64,000 bases of DNA from Lingula anatina (lineage: Eukaryota; Animalia; Brachiopoda): the NCBI GenBank assembly GCA_051362555.1, contig CM120640.1, forward strand, positions 36,971,967 through 37,035,966. Reading direction: 5' to 3'. Positions 50,901 through 61,808 of this stretch are shown here, piece after piece (positions within the stretch are counted from its first letter, which is position 1; every line of letters begins with the position of its first letter). The notes beneath the pieces were generated by a model that was not told where the DNA came from, made no database searches, and worked only from the letters and a program-made list of their open reading frames with translations. Made by a program: the position numbers and the translations under genes.

Positions 50901-53900
50901 TGATGATAATTTCTGGTATGCTATGTCTGGGAAAGAATTCTGTAGCTAAAGCCAATTCAACTGCTTTTGAAGACTTGTCCGGAATGGGATAACTTTCGGC
51001 CCAACCCGTTAAATAACAAATAACATTCAAACAATACCTGTTTCCCTTTGGTGATTCTTGAAACGGGCCAATCAGGTCCATACCCACAACTTGAAAGGGG
51101 TAAGCGGGCATTGGCAATTCGCCTAAGGTGGTTCTTTGGGGAGTACTTTTATGGGCTAGACAAGTTGGACATCTTTTTACCCATTTAGAGATGTGTTTTC
51201 TCATCCCTTTCCAAACATAACACTCCCTGACTCGGCAGAGTGTCTTATACACGGACATGTGTCCAACATCTTTATGGCAACGGGCAATGATATTGTTTCT
51301 GAACTGTTTGGGTAGCACTAGACGCGGATAATCGGGTTCTGTCGGATTAGGTGGTCTGACCGAGTAAAGAATCCCTTGAAGAATTTCGTAATCCGAGTCT
51401 TCGTTTTGAGCTTCGGCTATCTCCGCCGGAAATTCCGCGATTTGATGTTGTCGTATGTCATCAACATTTAATCCATCGGCTTCTATCGGGATGTTATGTA
51501 AAGCCATGCTATCAGGAAATGACCTCGGATCCACCCAATCCTCTTCCGTGTCGATAATGGCTACTTCCTCGCGCTCTGATGGGAGTCTACTCAGAAAATC
51601 CGCGCACACGTTTTTCGCGCCTTTTATGTATTCAATTTTAGGATTATATTCAGCTAAAATTGCCGCCCATCTTTGCAACCTTGCATTTTGCAGTTTAGAA
51701 GAAAATAGCGCTTTCAGGGGTTTATGGTCGGTGTAAATGGTCAAATCTGCCCCCCACAAATACGGTCGCAATTTGTTGACATTGTACATGACCGCGTACG
51801 CTTCTTTTTCGATGGTCGAGTACCGTTGTTGACTGGGTGACAATTTGTGGCTGACATACTGAACCACTCTATCTTTCCCTTGTTCGTCTGTCTGCACCAA
51901 AACACCGCCTATCGCGTGATTACAAGCGTCCGTGTAGAGTTTGTACGGCTCGTTTATTCGCGGGTGCGCCATCACTTTGTTGGACATAAGCAGTTCTTTT
52001 AATCTGTCGAAACTTCTCTGATGCTCTTCCCTCCACTCAAATCGCTCGTTTTTCTTCGTTAGTTTGTACAATGGGGCTGCTACTCTTGCAAAATCAGGGA
52101 CCGTACGCGCATAATAGTTACATGTGCCTAAAAAGGACCTAACATCTTTCGCTTTTCGCGGCGTCGGCATGTTTTTAATTGGTTGTAATTTGTCGGGATT
52201 GCTGCGAATCCCGTCTTTGCTTATGATGTAACCGAGGAGATGTACTTCACTTTTGGCAAATTCGCATTTCTTTGGATGGATTTTGAGGTTAGCTTCGCGG
52301 AATCTTTCTAACACCTGACGCACATGTTCGACATGTTCCTCCATTGTTTTCGAGAAAATCACGCAGTCGTCAATGTAACAGTACACCGACTTCCCAATAA
52401 GGCCGTTTAAAACGCGATCTAACAGCTTCTGGTAGTGATTAGGTCCGTTAACCAAACCAAACGGGACGCGTTTGTATTCAAATAAGCCTTTGTGACAAAT
52501 GAAAGCGGTTTTGTGCATATCTGCCTCGTCTAACGTGCACTGGTGAAACCCCTGTTTCAGGTCCAGGACGCTAAAATACGCCGCTCCTCCCATGTTGTCA
52601 AAAATGTCGCTGATAAGTGGCAACGGATACCTATCGACCTTTGTTATCTCGTTTACTTTGCGATAATCGACGCAAAATCTCATGGAACCGTCTGATTTCG
52701 GCGTAAGAAGTACCGGGGAACTCCACTGACTCTGACTCGGCCTAATCACGTCATTATCGAGCAAATTTTGTATTTCCTTTTCTATGAGTTCTCTTTTTGC
52801 CAGCGGTGCGCGATAAGCTCGTTGTTGAACGGGTCTATTGTCTCCGGTGTCGATAATCATTGGCAACAGGTCGCATTTGCCTAGGGGATTCTCGGTCGAA
52901 CTAAATACGTCGCGGTATTCGTTGATCATCGCGTCAATATCGTCATTTCCCGATGACGGTGGCAACTGAACTATTTCCGCGATCAGACCTGGCCGTCCAT
53001 AGTCGGTCAAGGGCCATTCTTTGTCGAAGAAGACCATTGTCTTTTGTACGCAATTTATTTCGGCATTCCCGCTCTTTAAAATATCGATCCCCAGTATCAT
53101 TTCATGCCCGATGTTCGCGATCACCACGACCTCAAAAATACCGGCCCCGTCAATTTTTATTCTTGCCTTGCCTTTGACCTCGAGTTTCTCTCCCGACACA
53201 CTGTAAATTTCATTGGTCTTCTCTAAAAAACACGTTCTACCCGTTGCTTTGCAGATTTTCAAAAACATGTCTAAACGCAGGCAACTACAACTGGCACCAC
53301 TGTCAATCAAGCTTTTACACTGCACTCCGTTAACGGATAGTGCTACGCCTAATCTATAACTCTGTGGTCTGGTCATAGCGCCTGCGGTAACTAGTTTAAA
53401 TGATTCCTTTGACGTTTTAATTCATAACATTCCGCTTTTTTATGCCCCGGTTTGTTGCAGTGAAAACATAATAACGTACCGTCTTCGCGCCAACCTGCAA
53501 TATCTCGGTAAGCCCGCGGTGAACCGTAACCTCTCTGTTTACGCGATTGTTGGTGTGGCTTCTGTATACGATTTCGCGCCGTAGGAGTGTGGTCTGGAGA
53601 GTTGTACACGTGCGTTTCCACTTTTGCGATACGCGTTTGCATGCGCTCCTGCGCTTTAAGTGCTTGTTGTATGCTTTTGGAGGTCTCTTGTAATTGGGAT
53701 AAAAGTAATGCCGTATCTTTATTAATCGCGTTCATAGAAGATATGTCCATATCTTCCTCTACCCTTGGTGAAACAACCGTCGCGGCAAATTTGTTTTGTG
53801 CGATGACGTTAGTCTGCGGCGCGTGATGACCTTGCGTGGTCATTTGTCGAAAAATTTCTCTCCCGCAATTTTCGTTTTCAGTCCACTGAATGGCTGCCTC

Positions 53901-56900
53901 CAGAGTTTCAGGTCGACCCCTGACTATTAATTCCTCAGCCAATCTCTGATCCAACAACCCGCGCGTATATGCTCTCACGATAAATCTCTCCGTATCCGCG
54001 CCACGTGGAGCGGCGTACGCGCGGCTTGCCGCCTCCCTAAACCTTCTATTAAATTCCAGCAACGTCTCGAACGATGCTTGTCGTAAAACCTCCAATTCCG
54101 ATTTAAGGCGCTCGGATTCATTCGCCGATAAGAAAGATCGTTGTATGTGTTCTTTAATTACTCTCCACGGGGTTTCTAGCCTTGCCGGCTGCGTTTGTAA
54201 AAACCTTTCTATCTCCCTCCTAAGGGCCCCCCTTGACGTTTTCGTTACCAATTTAACTGCTCCCCCGACAATATCATGTAAAGAAGCATACATTACCTCT
54301 AGGTCGTCTAAGTACGACCTTACCTCCGACACCACTGCTCCGTCGCAGACTGTTATACCTTTAGCCGCCTCTTCTATTCTCCTCTCTTTGATAGAACGCA
54401 CATGCCCTCCTTGAATGTCCTGTGCAATTATTTGCAGCGTCTCCACGAGTTGCTGCATCCCCTCGGCCATTGTGTAAGCTCAGATATTCCTCTTGCGAAA
54501 CGTAAAAATTTTAACTGGCGAGCGACGCCAAAACGTGTCCGGAACCGCGCAAATTTAGATACAAACGTAATTTAGAATTAGGCTCGAAATACGGACACCG
54601 TTGGACACTTTTAGTTAGGATAACGCTCTAGTATGACCTTCCAGATTCGCGGTCGAAATCGTTACGTCTAAACGCTACAGAGGAAATCCACACTGACAAA
54701 AATGACCAGTTTCAATCGTTTAATGTGAATTCGTTGCCTGCTTAGGTACATTCTGGCTCTCTATTCAATATTACAACCTTTAGTACGTACTCCAGCCAAT
54801 GGCTTCATACACTTCCTTATCACTGGCTTCTTAATGCGACAGGTAAACAAGCCCTACTCAGCCTCTTCAAAATTGACACAACGTATTATAGAGAATACAA
54901 TAAAAGTTATGACTTGAAATTATTGACATCGTCTATGAAATATTAAATGTCTCCGACATCCAGAGGACTTTGGGGACTTACTAAAGCTAACAATTGAGAC
55001 AACCTACTTCCGGTACCAAGGGCGTATTTACGAACAGGTATATGGAATGGCAATGGGCTCTCCACTCTCTCCTGTCCTGGCCAACCTATTCATGGAAGAG
55101 TTTGAAGAGCAGGCACTAAGAACAGCCACCCACCCACCAAAATTTTGGGCCAGATACGTCGATGATACAGGGGTTATAATACAGAAACAACACGAGGAGG
55201 AGCTTTTCCGACATATCAATGCACAACATGACAGCATTAAGTTCACAATAGAAAGGGAAGATGACAACCAGACATTACCCATGCTGGACTTACAGCTTAT
55301 TAGGAAGAATGATAACATCACAACAGACATTTATAGAAAACCTACGCATACAGACCACTACCTTCAGTGGACATCCCACCACCCTGTCCAACAGAAGATA
55401 TGAATCATCAAGACGCTGATGCATAGGGCAGACACACTGATAAAAGAGAAACCCAAGGTAGAGATAGAGAAGGAAAAAATCAGAGTGGCTTTTAGAAATT
55501 GTGGTTACCCAGAATGGGCTATAAAAGAAGGGGAAAAGAAAGGAAGAGAAAAACAACAAAGGCCCGAGAACATGACTGAAAAAGAAAAACCCAAAGGATA
55601 TGCAGTACTACCTTACATGAAAGGGGTTAGTGAAAAGCTAAAAAGAGCATTCAGAAAAAGGAATGTAGTATTACACCATAAGGCAGGACAGACACTAAGA
55701 GGCATCCTAGTATCCCCAAAGGACAAATTAGACCCAGGAGAACAGTGTGGAGTTGTATACCAGTGTGAGTGTCAGGTGTGTGGAGAGAAATACATCGGAG
55801 AGACAGGACGTTCCTTAACTGAAAGAATCGCTGAACATCAAAAATCGATCAAAAAACATGATAAAAAATCTGCCCTCAGCCAACACCAGGAACAGACAGG
55901 GCATTGTATAACATCAACAACCATAGAAGACATAATAATCTTGGAAAGAGAGCCACGAGATCTACACCGGAAAGTTCTTGAAGCAATTAACATCCGCTTA
56001 CATGGGGCCATGTTGAATCGGAATGATGGGACTGAGCTACCCAACCTCTACCTACCACTCCTAAGGAAGGGGCAGGCAAGGAGTGGGATCTGACCAAATA
56101 GCACACCAGAGGGGGTGACAGGTTGTCATACCTGTCACAACCTCATTCCCTGATGAAATCTGACTGCAAGCAGATGAAATATTGGATGGTAAGATCAAAC
56201 TAATATAAATAGCTATAGACAAAAAGAATCTTCACAAGTCTATTATTTTTTGTAGTTTTTAGTTATTTCTATCAGTTAAATCATTCATGTACCCTCAGCA
56301 GCTTTTAGTTCTTGCTGCACTCTGCTCTGCTTTCAAAGGTCTGACTTTCCATAATTTTACTTTGGTGTGATTTTATTTCAGAGAGGTGTTAGTTGATCCT
56401 CTATTTCATAAACCTAGTGCCAGGTAATGCATGTGTTCAGGCTTTGAAAAATAACACGTTTATCTGACAGCTAGCAATTTGTCTCACTTTTGAGAATATT
56501 TATTCACAGCTTGTTTGATATTATTGAAATTTTTTTGTGTATGGAGTTGCTCCAAAGGTTTTGCTAACTGAAGCACTATTGGTGGTTGTAAAATATAGCA
56601 TTTTGCATGCATATAAATAGATACAGACACATATACAGCAATATACTAAAAAAAAATGCAGATGATAATTGCATTGTCCATGACCATGACTAAATATGAA
56701 TTCATGCTTTTGTCATTTTGAAGTCTGACCTAAATATTTAAATAACGTTTACATATTAAATAACTGTTTAAGTTGAAATGTGCTAAGAATTTGTATGAAC
56801 AAAGTGCAAGTTTGAAAATCAGCTTTATTACCTTAGAGAAAAAACATCAGCATTTTTTTAAAATATGTATTTTTGCATTGTTTACTACAAAACTGCCCCC

Positions 56901-59900
56901 CCACAAATATATGATATTAAATAAAGAGTTTCTGTGAGCATACATCTGAATCATTATTTTAGAGTCCTTAATGTTATTGCTAAAATTTTTTTACTTTATA
57001 TACATCATATATGTCTGTATATTTTTCAGCTTTGCTGTTTTGTTATTGTTGTGATGCAGTGAATGCTTTGACAACTAACTGTTGACTTTTTGAAAATTGA
57101 CTTTGTTTTAAGCATTCAAAGTCAATCAACTAAAGCTCAGCATAGATTGAAATATGTATTTTCTAATTGCACTTTTAATATTAAATCTGTGTGTATCAAC
57201 ATTTATGCCAGCAGTGATTAACACCATATTGTAGTCATCCCACCATTTCCATTGCACTCTCTAAAGAACCATTTCCTTAATGAAATATTTACCAACAATT
57301 AACTATATATCATGAGATGGACTTAAAATCTCATCCATAAGTTTTTAAAAATAATTTCACAGTTAGATTTTATCTTGAATATTCTCTTCTTTTGGGCCAT
57401 AATTGCCTTTACATTCAATTCTCTTCTTTTATGTCCTTATTAGATGGCTTTATGGTGTAGCACGTGACAACTTTGATGCACTCATTTTTGTGTATTGTGA
57501 CACTGACTGCAGTTTTTGAAACATTTGTTCAGTTTAAATATATATATTTCTGGAAATCAGATAAGGTTGCATTGTTTTGAGAGAGCTCCTCAGAATATCA
57601 AACCATACACCCAAATTATTTTTGTTCCAAATATTGGAAATTTAAGCAAAAGTTGTGCTTTTTGCATTTTTTTAAAATGATTCAAAATACCTCTCACTAT
57701 TCTAATATGTTCCTCTTTTTATTTTCAGTAAAAAGGTGTTTGTGACAGTATATCGCCAATACTGCCACCTGGTGGAGAGTCTATCCCAGCATATTGTAGA
57801 CTTCCACAATAATGTTCTCATATCTGGACTCCTGCATGATGCAGAGAGCCATCATTTTGCTGATGGCAAAGAATTTTATGAGGTAAGTGTTTTTTGTTTA
57901 CTTAATAAATACAAATTTGAAAAGAAAATAATGGAATCATCTGGAAGCGATTGCAGCATTTGAGAATTTAAATGCCAGTCATGGTTACCAGGGTTTCCGG
58001 AAAATATAACTTACAATTACCAGCACTACCAAGACCAGGTGTTTTAACAGATAAATTAGTTTTCCACTGAAAAAAAACTGTGCTCATTTTCCAGGATGAA
58101 AGGTGCTCTTTCTCCATCCAGATGTGGAACCTCCACATGCAACGCCTTCAGCAGGACCTGTGGTCAGTCTGTCCACCTAGACTGGCTCAGAACATTTACA
58201 CCGCTGTCCTACAAGAATCTTTAGCCATCTTTGCCCTGAGGTACAGCAGGATTAAACCATCATACAGAAGGACAAAACAGTTTAGGTGAGATGGTGCATT
58301 ATGGGAGCTGCAATGTGGTATTTGGCTTTTTTTTAGAGTCACATGGTTTCAGAGCTTCTTTTTCAGCATTTTTATAATTTGATGTGTATTTTTTCTACTG
58401 TATAGCTTCCTTTTTGTCATATTTATGCACACATTGGTGAAATACATTTCCAGAAATTCTTCTGAATTCATTCATAGACATCAGCGGTGAATAAGAAGTG
58501 ACAACACTTAAATAACTTGCAATGAGGAGCAACCTGCTACATGTATATTTTAACTATATAATTGTGTGATTTTCATATTCTGCTGAAACTATAACTAATA
58601 ATGTTGTTCATGATTTTGTTTTCTCACATTTAAGGAGTGACATAACTACCATCCTGTTGTGCACCTCCCAGCTGGTCATCCCGTCCTGTGACAGTGTGTC
58701 CAAGCTGGTGGATATATGTCCAGTTTACCAAAACCTGTGGTCAATTCACAATCACTGCAGTACCTTGTTGTCCACTCTGGCCATTGTTACATCTCCACTG
58801 GACATCCTCTACAAGTAAGATATTTTTTATTTCTGTGTTATATTTGTCCATATCTTGTCAGTGTTGCCCAGAGCTTCAGATTGCTGCTGAGGATCTCAAA
58901 GTGTGACTGGGACTGTTCCAACATTTTTATCAAACGAGCATCATGAAGGAATACAAAATGAAATTTCGTTGAATTACCATGGATCATTGTGACAGTTGCT
59001 ATTTAAGTTTGAAAATCTTTTTTATACACCTTTTATTAAAAAAAAAACAAGTGATATGACCATTTACTTGAAAGATATTCCGTGTGATTGTCTTTGACAT
59101 GGTTGTGTGTTTCATTTTAAGTATATAGTTATATGATTTAAATAATCTTTACTTCAATTTAAATTTTCATAATTCTTGACAGAATTTTCAAAAGAGGATT
59201 GCATGGCAAGAGGAAAAAGTCTGAGGCTAGAGCTTCATCAAGTTTGCCACAAGGCCACCCCTGCCAGTGGCTTGGATGGATGCACCCAGGTGTTTTTAAG
59301 TCAGATTGGACAAGGTAAGACGGCTGTTATATTGCAGGACAGCTTCAAGGCTTGATTTGAGCTGTGGCTTCTCTTATGTTTTTCTCTAAAACTTTCGCAT
59401 TAAGTTTTGGTAAGCCATATTTTCAATGTTGTAAGAAGTTTAATTTGTAAGTTAACATTTTAAAAATTCTCCTGGACTACTGATACTTGCTAGTTAGAAC
59501 TTCAACTGCCTCAGCCTTGCTTTAAAAAAAACTAGCAGCATTTCCAATATTTTTTAATTCTTAATGCATCACTTTATTCACAGAGCATTCTGCTAAATTT
59601 TCTAGCTATGATGACATGCAGACCACCACTGCCCTGTACTTACAGCTGTCCTTACTAGCCAGTCAGCCAGAACCTGCATGGATGCTGCTTTTGCAGGTAA
59701 TATATATAATATGAAATGAACAAAATTTTAGGGCTCTTGGTAACAGAAATGTGAATATTTTTTGTTAATGTTTTAGTTTATCCATTGACTGGTAGAAATG
59801 CAGGTAGATTTATAGATGACAATACTGATCACTGAACAAAAGTACAAGTGCTTTACTATTGCTCCTACTTATAGTATAATAGTTATTATAAAAATTATCA

Positions 59901-61711
59901 TTGTTATTGTTATTATGATGATGATGATGAAGTGAAATTCTGCTTTGATAATCATTACCTGGTTAACAAAACAATCATTGATATTGCAGACCTTACTGAT
60001 GAAGGATGTGACTCTTCCTATCATGTTGTTAACCCACTATGCCACTAACAAGTTACCTGCTCAGACTCCCCCAGATGTCCAGCAGTGTGGTGGCATGGGG
60101 TGTTGTGAGAAGGGCTGCCCTCAGCTCTGTGGTCAACCTCAAAGCCTGTACCAGCCTTTCTTTGATGTGCTCGTGCGGTGTGATCATATCCCAGATGCTT
60201 TGGCCAATGTCATCTTACCTATAATAGACAGGTATGCTTTAAAGTATTTGTTTTCACTGTAATTTTGATGTTACCTAAACTACTATCACTAAACACCACA
60301 GGCCTGCACCACAAAAATTTGTAAGTTCTTGTGCAAAACCATAGAAGTTATCTACTTTTATGCCTAAAGTAAGGGTTTCCTAATGAAAATAGTTATTTGT
60401 TAATCGATCCAACTCTGTGGGGACTCTCGTTGATTTTAAATATGTCCTATTGTGTACTTTAAAATATTGTTTTATTTGTTAGAAAGCATTTACTTAGGAA
60501 TTTGTGTTTGTATATACATATATTCATCTACTTGAACTAAAAAATAGAGGACAAGCGAATAATAACATTGTAAAAATTAACACTGTTTTTTCTAGGACAA
60601 ATGGCTGGAGTTTGTTTGCTGCTCAAGCTATTCCAGGCAAGACAGAGCTAGTGCCAGAATGGCTGTCCTGCCTTTTTGATCTTTTCAATCCTGTTGTGGA
60701 AAGGTGAGTTTTTAAGCAGACAGGCATTAATCACAGCCAAGGCATCAGACTTAATTTTAAAACATTCTAAAACAATTTTGCTTTTGCTTAATGTTACTGG
60801 CTGGCTTTCACCTGGTAAGAAGTGAATGGTATTATTAGCAGGTGTATTTCAAAGTAGAATGGGGAGGAGAGTGTTTCAACTACGCGCATACAGTTTTGAA
60901 CTCACTTTCTCATACATTGATATTTAGAATACTCTTCATCTTCCTTATTGTTGCAGTACGTCTTTGGACTAGACCCACTGTTTGAGCAAAGTGTGTAGTT
61001 TCATTAATATCATGTTCTTTTGTTTAATCTGCAAATTCTACATGACATACATGTAACATTGCATTGCATTATATTACACTACCCTATATTCTAGGATAAT
61101 TGGACCTGCTGTTTGTCAGATCTTGAAGCGCCAGTCTGTCAGTGCTGACATTCCGCCATTGTCAGCCATGTTGGAAGAGCTCCCATGTGGCTGTGATCTC
61201 ATCAACCACCCGAATAAGGTCAAAGATATGGATGCAAACGAGGAACTTCTGGGCATAGCATTGTCTCAGGTCTTACAGGCCCTTGGTGAGGAGATATATG
61301 CAATCCCACAAGCTGTAGGGGTGTTCTTCAATATGCTTCAGTCCAGGCTGCAGGAAAAGGGCATTGAAAGTGCACAGGATACTGCAGGTTTACAGGTAGT
61401 GCATTTGCCCACAAATTTTTAATTTTATACCTCACTTCTTTCAGTATATTAGCTTGATTTTCTGCATCCACTAAGTGGGTTCCTGGTATCATGGAGTAAT
61501 TTTAAATGATCATTAAAAATAATTATAATTTATGAATTATTATAATTATTTTTTTCTTTATGTGCCAAAATGTATTTTACGTACCTAATTACTTTAAAAA
61601 AATTATTTTGAAGTTAATTTCATCTGTAACATTTCACATCTCTCTAATTGTTATAGTTTTCTTCAGTAACTTAACACAGCTTTTTTTTTTATTCCAACTA
61701 AAATTTATTTA

Positions 61712-61808
<97 letters not shown>

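Larger units (their letters stand above)
47366..54958 (-). mobile_element. Full-length Ty3/Gypsy LTR retrotransposon (7593 bp), very recent insertion
   Basis: Two 423-bp TG…CA LTRs, identical by eye; 4-bp TSD TCCA (47362-47365/54959-54962); PBS, PPT, gag, and pol with PR-RT-RH-INT order. Confidence 0.97.
46152..56245 (+). mobile_element. Penelope-like retroelement (5'-truncated, inverted pseudo-LTR), interrupted by a Gypsy insertion
   Basis: 46181-46629 is an inverted copy of 55797-56245 with ~5 differences. The RT-GIY-YIG ORF runs 46630-47365 and resumes at 54963-56093. Candidate TSD TTATTTTTTGTAGT (46138-46151/56243-56256). Confidence 0.93.

Noticed and set aside
46630-56093. RT as telomerase, LINE, retron or group II intron
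   Set aside because: PADKG/PKIHK/GSPLS/YVDD motifs plus a C-terminal GIY-YIG define a Penelope-like element.
46181-56245. Long terminal inverted repeats read as a Polinton or DNA transposon
   Set aside because: The repeat is the Penelope 3' end (GIY-YIG tail + pLTR) in inverted orientation; no transposase or DNA polymerase is present.
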